DNA of 64,000 nt from Spirochaetota bacterium (lineage in GTDB: Bacteria; Spirochaetota; UBA4802; UBA5550). Below, in pieces: positions 29,718-40,004 of the stretch. Every line of letters begins with the position of its first letter. Within the stretch, counting starts at the first letter, position 1. Under the pieces are notes generated by a model, which saw nothing but the letters and a program-made list of their open reading frames with translations, was not told where the DNA came from and ran no database searches. The DNA is taken from contig JBNKTL010000001.1 of NCBI GenBank assembly GCA_050298055.1, positions 1 through 64,000 on the forward strand. The letters are read 5' to 3'. A program made the position numbers and the translations under genes.

Positions 29718-31538
29718 TTATCTCAGGCCGCGTATACTTATTTCCTTATCAAAAGTTATTATGATATCATATTTTATTTCAATCTTTTTCCCCGGGCTCA
29801 TGGTCATCACCCACTCCCTTATTCCCCTCTGGAAGGGAGTGCTCTTCTTTGTCTTCTCATCGGATTTAAACTGAAGGGAGAGGTTTGCGAGCACCACACC
29901 GATCTTCTTATTGGTTGAAACGGGGATTGCATCCAGGACCGAGACCTCCGCCTTCTCGTTCAGGTTGTTTTCCACGATGATCCTGTAGGTGTAGAGTATT
30001 CGCCTGTTCCCCCCGAAAAGCCCCGAGGTGTCCTCATATTTCTTTACCAGCTCCTTTTTCGCGGTGATCCTGCTCTCAACCCCCAGTGCCAGGTCCTGCT
30101 CCTTTCCCGGGGGTGTATAGGGGATTGTGGTCTTCCCCATGAACTGGTTCTCCAGGAATATCTGGGCTTCACCCTTAAGCCAGGGAAGAGAGGTGGAGTT
30201 GGCAGTCTTTACCCGGAGAAAGCTGTTCCGGACCTTCCCGGGAGTGCACTGGTAGTAGAAGGTGACTTTGCCTTTCTCATTCAGAGTATAATCCTTAATG
30301 TACTTCTTCTGGTATTTTTCGGATGATATAATTGTATGCTTGAGAGGAAGGGCAGCCTCGAAGAAAGGTCCCTTCCCGCTGATCTTTGTATCCGGCACCT
30401 TCTCCTCCTCGTCTTTTTCAGTGACAATATCCTCAATGGCGGCAGCCTTGCTCTCCTTCTTCATTGCATAGTCTCTCCTGGCCCTGCCCGGCGCGGATTT
30501 GTACTTGTAGGGAGTATAGATGTTGAGATACCAGGGGCTTAAAACCGGGGGGCTTATTCCGCTCACCGGGGCCCCGGTTGAGAGTGAGAGGTCTATCCCC
30601 TTCCAGTCCTCTTCGGTCTTTTGATAGATGTTGGCGTAGATAACAAGGCCGATCTTCTTTTCCCGGCTGCTTGCCCTGAAGTCGTAGAGCATGTTCCAGT
30701 ATGTGTTGGGAACAATGTAGGTCAGCGTCATCACGGCATTTCTCTCGGAGGAAGAGAATATGGTGGCGATGACCTGTTTCTCAACATCGATTTTCTCGGT
30801 AGGTCTTCGCAGAAGACTGTCCCTCTTTGCGTATTCGCCGGTAATGCTTGAATACTGCTGGACATTCATCCCGGCCCTCTGCCGGACCAGTTCATTGTTC
30901 AGGGTCTGGTAGTTCCTGAAATAGTTGTAGCCCGCGATCTGTGAAAGCTCGAACTCCCCTTTCCGGATCTTTTTCCCGATCTTCTCCCTCTCCTTTTCGA
31001 TCTGCCTCTTCTTTAAAAGAAGGGAGCTCCTCTTTTTCACCAGGTAGTTCAGGGTACTATCCCATACTTCAACCCGGGGTATCCGGGTTGCCAGTTCTTT
31101 TGACGCGGTCTTGTTGGTAAAGTCATTGATGGAATTGAGGAAGGTCTCCTGGGACCGGATGTTCTTCAGTTTGTCGATGAGAGACCTGTCCTTCTCCCGG
31201 AGCTCATCAAGATGCCTCTCGATCTTCCCGATAACCTCCCGTCTCTTCTTTATCAGCGCCCTCTTCTCAACCTCAAGGGACATGATCCTTCCCCGGAAGT
31301 TCCCCGGCAGGCTTCCCCGGACAGACCAGTCGTAGAGGAGCTTGGGAAGGCCGTGGATGACAACCCTGTTCTCCCCTTTTTTCAGGCGGATAAGGGCGCT
31401 CCTCTTTACCCGGGCCTGGTTCTGGAATATCTTTACACTTTCTATTCTGCTTTCCCCGCCGGTCTCAGCACCCACTGCATGATAGAACGAAACCGTGAAA
31501 AAAAATATTACAGCCGTTGAGAGATATCGTATTGCCAT
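29718..31538 (-). CDS. DUF4140/DUF4139 (TIGR02231, MuiA-like) exported protein
   Basis: Signal peptide; IESVKIF..ARV; coiled coil; QKTEEDW..LSLSTG; G.AQIFLE..FMG. Confidence 0.85.
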   Translation of the reverse strand: MAIRYLSTAVIFFFTVSFYHAVGAETGGESRIESVKIFQNQARVKRSALIRLKKGENRVVIHGLPKLLYDWSVRGSLPGNFRGRIMSLEVEKRALIKKRREVIGKIERHLDELREKDRSLIDKLKNIRSQETFLNSINDFTNKTASKELATRIPRVEVWDSTLNYLVKKRSSLLLKKRQIEKEREKIGKKIRKGEFELSQIAGYNYFRNYQTLNNELVRQRAGMNVQQYSSITGEYAKRDSLLRRPTEKIDVEKQVIATIFSSSERNAVMTLTYIVPNTYWNMLYDFRASSREKKIGLVIYANIYQKTEEDWKGIDLSLSTGAPVSGISPPVLSPWYLNIYTPYKYKSAPGRARRDYAMKKESKAAAIEDIVTEKDEEEKVPDTKISGKGPFFEAALPLKHTIISSEKYQKKYIKDYTLNEKGKVTFYYQCTPGKVRNSFLRVKTANSTSLPWLKGEAQIFLENQFMGKTTIPYTPPGKEQDLALGVESRITAKKELVKKYEDTSGLFGGNRRILYTYRIIVENNLNEKAEVSVLDAIPVSTNKKIGVVLANLSLQFKSDEKTKKSTPFQRGIREWVMTMSPGKKIEIKYDIIITFDKEISIRGLR

Positions 31539-32027
31539 GGGCTCCTCCGGGAGGGTTGATTAAATTTCTCTGTTTACGGTTTGTAGTATGGCAGAGAGGG
31601 GGAATTAAATCAATAAAATTATATTTGGTTTTTCTGAATTGTTGGAAAAATCAATTCTTTCAAACATTTAAAGTCCTCAACACCTATTTTATAAAGAGAA
31701 GTTTACAGACGTTTGCTATTTGCCCGCCCTGCACAAGGGACGTGGGAAGGAAAGCTGACATGATTGGTATCGATTAAGAGCGGACCAGACGATTTTCTAT
31801 TGACAGCTTGTATCCTGCATGAGACAGATAATATTTAACTTGCATCAACTCAGGAAAATAAAACAGAAAAAACAGGTAAAAACAATTTATCAAGGCATAA
31901 CAACAGATGGTAAATCATTCTGTTCCCATGGCGGAAAAAAGAATAAAACGATGGATGTGTAGGAACTGACCAAACATTTTTCTGTTGGGAGTATTCTTTA
32001 GATATGACCGAAAATTTAAATTAGATA

Positions 32028-32111
32028 CATTTATGTAATAACAAAGCACCATTTATGTAACGAATTTGTAAAATTACCCGAAAACAGCCTCCAAATATTA
32101 CAACAATGTAA
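32028..32111. promoter_or_regulatory. Phased direct repeats and a palindrome upstream of amtB
   Basis: CATTTATGTAA at 32028 and 32050, cgaatTTGTAA at 32061, TTACA-N4-TGTAA at 32098. Confidence 0.5.
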
Positions 32112-32212
32112 ACTTTTACCGTTCTCAGCTCTGCCAACTTTTTATCTCCTTGCGAATAATCTGCATGTTTTAAATGTAATAAACAATATTGAATGGAACA
32201 GGAGTTAATGTT

Positions 32213-33439
32213 ATGGAGAACCTGAATGGGATTATAAGTGCAGTGGACACGGTCTGGGTGGCAATCTGTGCTGCGTTAATTTTTCAGATGGAAGGCGGTT
32301 TTGCCTTACTGGAATCGGGATTTATCAGAGGAAAAAATTCAGTAAGTATTATTTCAAAGGTCATTGTTGATATTATGTTTGGAGGACTGGCATTTTTTAT
32401 TATCGGATTTGCAATCCTTCATGGGAAAAGTTCCGGGTGGTTCGGTATCGGTTTTGGAATTGTTAAACCGGAAATATCCATAACTGTCAGCAAGTCACTG
32501 TTCTGGTTTATGCAGATGGGTTTTGCAATTGCCGCAATTTCTATTGTTTCCGGGGCAATAGCCGAAAGGATGAAGATATGGGCTTACTCGGTGTTTGTCT
32601 TTATTTTCACGGCATTTATCTATCCCATAGCCGCCGGGTGGGCCTGGAACGCAAACGGTTGGCTTGCCGCTCTCCAGTTTAATGACTTTGCCGGGTCAGC
32701 CGCCGTCCATGCGGTGGGTGGCTGGGCCGCCTGCGCTGCAGCGATAGTTCTGGGCCCACGAATCGGTAAATACAATGCCGACGGTTCATCCAATGCCATA
32801 CCCGGTCACAACCTGACTCTCGCGGCCGTGGGGGCCTTTATTCTCTGGTTCGGATGGTTCGGTTTTAATCCCGGTTCATCCCTTGCCGCGGTGGGTAACT
32901 GGGAATTGATCGGAAAGGTCACCACAAACACCTTTCTCGCTTCGGCCATGGGGGGAATCTCAACCATGGTATATACCAACCTGCGCTATAAGAAGATTGA
33001 TATTACCATGGTGATAAACGGGGTCCTTGCCGGCCTTGTTGCAATCACTGCCGGGTGCAATGTTGTCTCTCATCTCTCGGCACTTGTCATCGGTTTATTT
33101 GCGGGTATCTTTGTTGATATAGCGGTCTACACCATCGACCGGTTAAAAATTGACGACCCGGTGGGCGCCATAGCTGTTCACGGTGTCAACGGGACATGGG
33201 GAACAATTGCAGTGGGCCTGTTCTCTTCGACTAAAGGTCTGTTTTATACCGGATCACTTGATTTTCTGGGAGTCCAGTTACTGGGAGTGGCAGCTGTCTC
33301 GGTTTTTTCCTTTACTTTCACATACATTGTATTTGTAATAATGAAGAAAACTGTGGGAATCAGGATATCAAAGAATGAAGAATTACTCGGTATTGACATG
33401 GCCGAATTTGGTATTGAATCATATTCTTCTTTTGAATAA
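32213..33439 (+). CDS. amtB: Ammonium transporter
   Basis: DFAGSAAVH, LWFGWFGFNPGS, IDDPVGAIAVHG; both pore His intact; ATG 32213 with AGGAG RBS. Confidence 0.97.
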   Translation: MENLNGIISAVDTVWVAICAALIFQMEGGFALLESGFIRGKNSVSIISKVIVDIMFGGLAFFIIGFAILHGKSSGWFGIGFGIVKPEISITVSKSLFWFMQMGFAIAAISIVSGAIAERMKIWAYSVFVFIFTAFIYPIAAGWAWNANGWLAALQFNDFAGSAAVHAVGGWAACAAAIVLGPRIGKYNADGSSNAIPGHNLTLAAVGAFILWFGWFGFNPGSSLAAVGNWELIGKVTTNTFLASAMGGISTMVYTNLRYKKIDITMVINGVLAGLVAITAGCNVVSHLSALVIGLFAGIFVDIAVYTIDRLKIDDPVGAIAVHGVNGTWGTIAVGLFSSTKGLFYTGSLDFLGVQLLGVAAVSVFSFTFTYIVFVIMKKTVGIRISKNEELLGIDMAEFGIESYSSFE

Positions 33440-33463
33440 TTGAACATTGAAACGAGGTACTAA

Positions 33464-33805
<342 letters not shown>

Positions 33806-33833
33806 ACAATTCAATCTGCAGTAATATATTTCA

Positions 33834-33878
33834 TCCAGTTTCATAATTGTACCTGACCATCACAATTATGAAACTGGA
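33834..33878. repeat. Perfect 17-bp inverted repeat after glnK; right arm duplicated at 35200-35220
   Basis: tccagtttcataattgt-N11-acaattatgaaactgga. Confidence 0.85.
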
Positions 33879-33992
33879 ATCTCACTCCACTACACAATCT
33901 TTCCTTTACGGTTAAATATTCGCGCAGACTGAAAAATTACTTGAAAAATAAAAGCAGAAATTGCCCGGTACAGGTGTACAGGACGATTTAAC

Positions 33993-34778
33993 ATGAAATT
34001 ACTGGATTTTATACTAAATATCATTGGCATTTCTTTTGAAATCCTTCAGGAAAAAACAACTGATATCAAAATTACCATAATAGTAATAGTTGCGTCAAAT
34101 GCTCTTCCCATAGCCGGTATTCTGTTTTTTGACTGGCTTCCCGGTATAGTATTGGCCTATTACACACTGGATTTTATCCTGCATTCTATTTTTTTTATAC
34201 CCAAGATCTATGCGAAGCTGTTATACAATTCAGATCACGGTAAATTTTTTAAGTTTGTCAAATCCCTGATCGGGTCAGTTATGAGTTCAATTCTTTTTTT
34301 ATTTTCTTCATTTATTTTTGCTCTGGGAGCTATAATTGCCGTTTATATGACTTACCTGTTCACCGGCCCCGTTACGTATACCGGTTTTCTTCGCTGGGTG
34401 CCGGTATTATCGGAGAATCAGGTTAATCGACTGGTTATTAATGACTACAGGCCCTTCTATGAAAACCTTATAAATGTAAATTCGCTTTTGGATTTTTTGT
34501 CCGGTGACTGGCCGTTTTTAATTTTTTTATTCCTGGCACATGTATATTATTTAATCATATTTTTTCGTAATTCTTATTTTAAAGATGAAAAGAATGATAC
34601 AGGGCTGATTAACGTGCGATTCTTAAAAAGGTTAATGTTTACCTATATAATTGGCAGCTTTATTTTGATTCCTTTTCTCCAGATAATTTTTCATTTCAGA
34701 GCAAACTGGGCCGGGGCAATACTTGTTTTATATTATATTATTCTTGAGACAAGGGATGAGATAAAGCTATATATTTAG
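33993..34778 (+). CDS. DUF6498-like membrane protein
   Basis: NALPIAGILFFDW..LAYY pattern; several TM helices; AT-rich. Confidence 0.65.
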   Translation: MKLLDFILNIIGISFEILQEKTTDIKITIIVIVASNALPIAGILFFDWLPGIVLAYYTLDFILHSIFFIPKIYAKLLYNSDHGKFFKFVKSLIGSVMSSILFLFSSFIFALGAIIAVYMTYLFTGPVTYTGFLRWVPVLSENQVNRLVINDYRPFYENLINVNSLLDFLSGDWPFLIFLFLAHVYYLIIFFRNSYFKDEKNDTGLINVRFLKRLMFTYIIGSFILIPFLQIIFHFRANWAGAILVLYYIILETRDEIKLYI

Positions 34779-34818
34779 ATTTCAGTAAATTCACCTTAGG
34801 CCCAGTTTAATTATTATG

Positions 34819-35205
34819 TTATTCTATCATTATTAACGTACATGGTTTTTTCCCTTTGAATTTATTATAAAATTCCATGTGAGAATTGAAGGAGAAGTTA
34901 TCATCCCTTTCGTTATATTCTTTTATCCAGTTTATAAGCATATCTAAATTTGAATTTTGAGCAGACCTGGTTTTATATTTATGGGGTTCCCAAGGTCTGT
35001 TTTTGGCATTTTCAATACACTGCTCTATACTCAGGTTCAAAAAAATTATTTCATTTGCCAATGTACTTACTATATCCATGAGATCAGTGTAACTGCCCTC
35101 AATCACCCATGATTCATTGGCATTGGCAAACTCCTCAATCTTTTTATTGGGCTCCTGTAGCGGTGCCCGTGCAGGAGGTGTTGCAGATATCCAGGCTATC
35201 ATCAC
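34819..35205 (-). pseudogene. 5'-truncated P-loop kinase (adenylate/shikimate kinase-like)
   Basis: Retains IAW, WVIEG, IFL..C..NA..RPWEPHKY but lacks the N-terminal Walker A; begins at the duplicated repeat arm. Confidence 0.7.
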
Positions 35206-35412
35206 AATTATGAAACTGGATTCTTACTCTACAATCCATCAGCTTTTCACGAAAAATTCATTCAAAATATTTTTTTGCACAAATTGATAAAGTACTTGCC
35301 CCATTTTAGTTCTTATAAAATAGATTAAGTGATGCCCTTTACAAGTCCAGAGAATGGTATCTAAAAGAGAGTAATGTTCTCTGAATAAAAGATAATGGAG
35401 GAGATTTGATCC

Positions 35413-35967
35413 ATGTACTTCACTTTAATAAATGATATTTCATTTGAATCGGCCATCTCTATAAATGAGCCTGAGGACCTTCCCATTGAGCTGGATTTTA
35501 TCGGAGGGCAGAGAATCGATATCCCGGTAGATAACCCCCTGGTTTTTACAACCAATGCAAAGGCCGGTGATATTATCAGGGATTTTGATGACTCCAGTTT
35601 TTTGATTATGTCGAAACGTTTTTTAGAGCTGCTTCAGCAAGCCGATGTAGATAATTTACAAACGTTTCCGGTCATTATAAAAAGCGAAGTCGACGATACA
35701 ATCTGGGATAATTATTTCGGAGTAAATATTCTTGGATTAATATCCTGTGCTGATTTGTCTAAATCTACTTACGATGAAATCATGCCTGGTCACTATATTT
35801 TTGATGAATTAGCTATCCATGCGGAAAAAGCTGATGGTGCACTTCTCTTCCGCCTGCAGGAACATTCACCAACCATCATTATGCACCGAAGTGTAGGCGA
35901 ATATATTATGGAACAGGACCCGGATGAAACCCTGCTGGGCTGGTCTGTCGGGGAAATTATCCAGTAG
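35413..35967 (+). CDS. Imm11/DUF1629-like immunity protein, copy 1
   Basis: MSKRF..LL...VDNLQ.FP, NYF.VNI...SCADLSKS, LFRL.E; GGAGGAG RBS. Confidence 0.72.
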   Translation: MYFTLINDISFESAISINEPEDLPIELDFIGGQRIDIPVDNPLVFTTNAKAGDIIRDFDDSSFLIMSKRFLELLQQADVDNLQTFPVIIKSEVDDTIWDNYFGVNILGLISCADLSKSTYDEIMPGHYIFDELAIHAEKADGALLFRLQEHSPTIIMHRSVGEYIMEQDPDETLLGWSVGEIIQ

Positions 35968-36081
35968 GTAAATTTATAAATTCCCTGCCGTATCACGCAC
36001 ATTCTGTTAATTGATAAACATGAGTTAACAATCCGGTTCTGGACCGTACAGATTTTCTTAAAATATAAAAAGGGGTTCAAT

Positions 36082-36636
36082 ATGTACTTTATCTTAGTCA
36101 ATGACATTCGTTCCGATTTTGATTTTACTCTTAACGAACCGAAAAACCTGCCAAGAGAAGTAAACTTTATCAGAGGCTCTATGATTACTTATGAACTTGA
36201 TACGCCGCTGGTTTATACCACAAACGCAAAATCAGGAGATTTATTGGTAGATTTTTCCCGGGGAAGTATCACCCTCATGTCAAAGCGTTTTTTAGACATA
36301 TTGAAAGGTGCCGGGGTGGATAATCTTCAGGTATTTCCCGCAATTGTTAAAAATGAAGAAGATGGAACTACCTGGGACAATTATTTTGCTGTTAACGTAC
36401 TGGGAATGATTTCCTGCGCGGATTTATCAAAGTCAAAGTATACGGAAATTATGCCCGGTCATTACCGGTTTAAGGAATTGGCCATAAATGCAGAAAAGGC
36501 AAAAGGTGCTTTACTCTTTCGGTTACAGGAACACTCCCCAACGATCATTGTCCATAGAAGTGTCTTGAAACAGATTGTTGACAATGATCCCGAGGAGACC
36601 CTGTCAGGCTGGGAAGCGGATGATATTATTCAGTAG
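36082..36636 (+). CDS. Imm11/DUF1629-like immunity protein, copy 2
   Basis: Colinear 184-aa paralog of copy 1 with the same motifs. Confidence 0.72.
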   Translation: MYFILVNDIRSDFDFTLNEPKNLPREVNFIRGSMITYELDTPLVYTTNAKSGDLLVDFSRGSITLMSKRFLDILKGAGVDNLQVFPAIVKNEEDGTTWDNYFAVNVLGMISCADLSKSKYTEIMPGHYRFKELAINAEKAKGALLFRLQEHSPTIIVHRSVLKQIVDNDPEETLSGWEADDIIQ

Positions 36637-36689
36637 CCGTCTCAATATGCTTTTATGAGAGATCCTGTGATGATTTGTCCGAATCTAAT

Positions 36690-36865
36690 AAATTAAATAT
36701 CTAGCTTTATCAATAACACCGGGAAGACCCTGGTACAAAACCCTCACAGATTCGATCCTGTAGAATTCCTGATACCAGAATATGACCTCTTTTTGATCGA
36801 ATCAATGTTGACAAAATATCTCCGGAAAAAATGATTGATTACTGTTGAGAGCCTGTTTTGAGACC
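36690..36865 (-). pseudogene. Possible decayed LytTR-domain fragment
   Basis: Manual translation with one frameshift: QNRLSTVINHFFRRYFVNIDSIK/EVIFWYQEFYRI. Confidence 0.4.
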
Positions 36866-36914
36866 GGTATTTCTCATTGTTAAGGGTTCTACAATTATTA
36901 CCCTGGAGTGATCT

Positions 36915-38912
36915 ATGAAAAAACTAAAAATTATTTTAATATTATCTCTTTTTATCCTGTTTTCCGGTAATTTATTATCTGACACAACGATCATGGAGTT
37001 TCATTTTGACCCCAATGCAACCCTGAAGCAAAATCTTAACGGTTCCCTGATGAAAGGTTACAAACTTCAGGTGCTTAACAACCAACAGTTTCCTTTTATT
37101 TATATAAAAAAAGGAAACGGAGAAAACTATACCTACGCCGCTTATAATTGGAAATTCCAATTCTGGGTCTACTCCCTGCCTGGTTTCAAGAGAAAATCAA
37201 TAAACCCGCAAAATTTCTATTCCAGGATTTCCCTTTCAAAGGATCTGCTGGCACGTAATGCTCCTTCCAAAGAGATTCAGGATAAACTAAAAGAGTGGTC
37301 GGCAAATCCGAATACGGCAATTGCCGATTCGGGGGAAAATACCACATGCAACAGCTCGGAAAAAAAAACACAAAACAGCAACATTATACCCGATACCAGT
37401 ATAACGACCCTTAATGGGTACAGGATTAACTTCATCCTCCCCGTATCCACACGGGACCAGGTACTCTTCTGGGCAAAGGGCAGAAAGAAACCTGTGGCGT
37501 CATACAACTGGAAGAAGCAGCACTGGAACTTCATTGACCGAGCATCGGGGTTCCGGTCGGAAATCATTGATCTCACGAAGCTTTATAAAAAAGTAAATCT
37601 CTCTGCAAAAGAATTGGACCGCATGTCACCCAATACAGCTTACAAAACAAAGAACCAGCAAGAACTTGAAGCCCGTACAGCTGACAGGGAAACGGGCTGG
37701 AGCGATTATGATCACAGCGCAAGGATCAATTCGGGGATCACGTCACTGGGAGGATATCGTGTAGTAGTGGACAGACCCGTTGAAAGCTCCGGGCAGGTGT
37801 TTTTCTATTCAACAAAACCGGGAAAAACCAACTGGATGCTGGCCAACTATGACTGGAAAAAACAGTACTGGAAATGGACCCTTCCCGCCTTTGATAAAAA
37901 CAGAGTGGACCTTAAAAAATTGTATATACAGGTCAATAAATCATCGGCCCAGCTTAACAGAGACAAACCGTCGGAACTGACCATATGGAATTACTCGCAC
38001 CTGGAGAAACAAAAATATGACTACAGCAAAAACCCGGCATTTAAAAAATTTATGTCATATCTCAAAAAAGGCGGCGCGTCACAAAAAATAGAGGAGAATT
38101 ATCTCCACCGGGCCAATAATCCCGCGAAGCTGGGGAGCTTCGAAAAATTCACAGGCAGAGAAATCCCTGAAGTGAAACTGGGCTATTTCCCCCAATACAT
38201 GATGAGAAAGCCCCGAAGGTTCTACTCATTCTATGATCCCCGTGTGGCCCGCCCCACACATATTGCAGGCGGTTTAGCCTATTACCTGGAACTGGGAAAG
38301 GGAAATATGATCACCCAGACATCACCGGTACAGTATCTCTTTAAAAAGCAAAAAATAGTAGAGATTATCCTGATGGAAATGAAGCCGAAAAATGGCCGAA
38401 GAACAGAGAATATCAATCTTAACACACTGGCCCGCCAGATGGAATCATTACTCCAAGGGGTCTTTTTTAAAAAGTTTAAAGTAAGTGTGAAATCCATAAC
38501 CGTCAATTACAAAGACATGCAGAATGTTCCCAAAGACAAGGACGTAATGCTGCACCGATCCACCTTTCTTGACAGGCATGTCCATAAACCCTTCGGTTTT
38601 GACAAAATCTACGCCTACTATTTCACAGACGCCGAGGCCTTTGCCAAAATTGATTTACATCTTTCTCATCCAACCGGGCACGGGGCTTATTTCGCCAACT
38701 GGCAGCGTATGAAATTGACATTTGCCCACGAGCTGGGACACGCCCTGGGGCTCTACCACCACTTCGGCAAACGGGAACATGCGGGCAAAAAAGGCGCCCA
38801 TATTTCCGAACCCTGCATTATGAACTACCGGCATCCCTATAAAAGCAACACCATCTGCCACCTCTGCCGCTATGCCCTGGGTGTGCCGGCAAAGAACTGG
38901 AAGGGGTTTTAG
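36915..38912 (+). CDS. Secreted metzincin-type Zn metallopeptidase with three N-terminal repeats
   Basis: Signal peptide; HELGHALGLYH; Met-turn CIMNY; CHLC. Confidence 0.8.
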   Translation: MKKLKIILILSLFILFSGNLLSDTTIMEFHFDPNATLKQNLNGSLMKGYKLQVLNNQQFPFIYIKKGNGENYTYAAYNWKFQFWVYSLPGFKRKSINPQNFYSRISLSKDLLARNAPSKEIQDKLKEWSANPNTAIADSGENTTCNSSEKKTQNSNIIPDTSITTLNGYRINFILPVSTRDQVLFWAKGRKKPVASYNWKKQHWNFIDRASGFRSEIIDLTKLYKKVNLSAKELDRMSPNTAYKTKNQQELEARTADRETGWSDYDHSARINSGITSLGGYRVVVDRPVESSGQVFFYSTKPGKTNWMLANYDWKKQYWKWTLPAFDKNRVDLKKLYIQVNKSSAQLNRDKPSELTIWNYSHLEKQKYDYSKNPAFKKFMSYLKKGGASQKIEENYLHRANNPAKLGSFEKFTGREIPEVKLGYFPQYMMRKPRRFYSFYDPRVARPTHIAGGLAYYLELGKGNMITQTSPVQYLFKKQKIVEIILMEMKPKNGRRTENINLNTLARQMESLLQGVFFKKFKVSVKSITVNYKDMQNVPKDKDVMLHRSTFLDRHVHKPFGFDKIYAYYFTDAEAFAKIDLHLSHPTGHGAYFANWQRMKLTFAHELGHALGLYHHFGKREHAGKKGAHISEPCIMNYRHPYKSNTICHLCRYALGVPAKNWKGF

Positions 38913-38953
38913 GAATTATTCCGTAAGATACTTTAAAAAATACAGGAGATATT

Positions 38954-39895
38954 ATGAAAAAAATACTTTTATTCTCTCTTTTTGTTTTGACGCTCCTTCC
39001 CTGTAAAGGAACTGCAGAAACAATAGCTTCCTTTCCCCGTAAGGGAATGTTCATAGAACGGATGGTCTTCAGCCCCGACGGCCGACAGGTAGCTCTTCAG
39101 GCCCGTGACCGGGCAAACTATTTTCGCCGAACAGCCAACCTGTACATTGGCAGCTCGCAAAACGGACGCTTCAAAAAAATTTCAAACCATTCAGTTTCTC
39201 ATATTACCTGGATTGATAACCAGTCTGTCGTTTTTCGTGACAAAGGAACCGGCAGTATTTTCAGGAACAGGAACCAGCCTGCTATTGTCATTAAAGCGAT
39301 TAATATACGCTCCCGGCAAGTCCGTACTTTGTACAGCCTTCCGGCAAAGACCATTCCCGGATCGGGAGGGCGTACCGAGGTGACGAACCTCTTTGCCATC
39401 TCTCCCGGAGCCAGGAATATACTCATTCAGATTGGCAAGCGATATATCATAGAGAATATGACACAGCACCGATCCGTAACCCTGCAGGGCTTTACGGTTC
39501 CCTATTCTTCAAATCCCGGGTCAGAAGTTCGTTTTTTTGGCCAAAATGGCGTAATCCTTTTTGACGGCCGCGGCCGCAGGTACATGATATACAGCTATGA
39601 TGGAAAGGGCATTCGCCTTCAGCAGACCATATCAAAAATCAGCGGCCTTCAACCTTCAGGTGACTTTATGATTGATAATGAAGGGAAGTTTATTCTTTTT
39701 GCAGCAGAAGTATGCCGGGGTGGATGCCGGAATGAAATCTATAAGTATAACCTTCAAACCAAGCAGCTCGGCAGAAAACTTCTCACTGTGCGCGGGACCC
39801 GGGTTCTTCGTCTGGTCTTTTCTGAACAGCAGAATCAGGTACTGGTTAATGACTTTCATCAATGGCTGAAGAGATACAGACTTCCCGCTCGATAA
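38954..39895 (+). CDS. Exported WD40/TolB-like beta-propeller protein
   Basis: Signal peptide; FSPDGRQVA, ISPGARNILI, IDNEGKFILF blade motifs; AGGAG RBS. Confidence 0.7.
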   Translation: MKKILLFSLFVLTLLPCKGTAETIASFPRKGMFIERMVFSPDGRQVALQARDRANYFRRTANLYIGSSQNGRFKKISNHSVSHITWIDNQSVVFRDKGTGSIFRNRNQPAIVIKAINIRSRQVRTLYSLPAKTIPGSGGRTEVTNLFAISPGARNILIQIGKRYIIENMTQHRSVTLQGFTVPYSSNPGSEVRFFGQNGVILFDGRGRRYMIYSYDGKGIRLQQTISKISGLQPSGDFMIDNEGKFILFAAEVCRGGCRNEIYKYNLQTKQLGRKLLTVRGTRVLRLVFSEQQNQVLVNDFHQWLKRYRLPAR

Positions 39896-40004
39896 AAAGA
39901 CAGGTCAGTTTTTTCTCCCTTCGGGATGAAGAGGGTGAAGGAGGATTATGACTTACATAACAAACAAAAAGAGTGTCCGATGTTTTTAGATCTTTTAAAT
40001 AAGT

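Noticed and set aside
31819..31962. 47-codon ORF with five Gln upstream of amtB as a leader peptide
   Set aside because: No RBS or attenuator hairpin, and it ends about 250 nt before amtB
34780..34830. Integron attC site after the kinase remnant
   Set aside because: No RYYYAAC/GTTRRRY pair with internal dyad; no integrase
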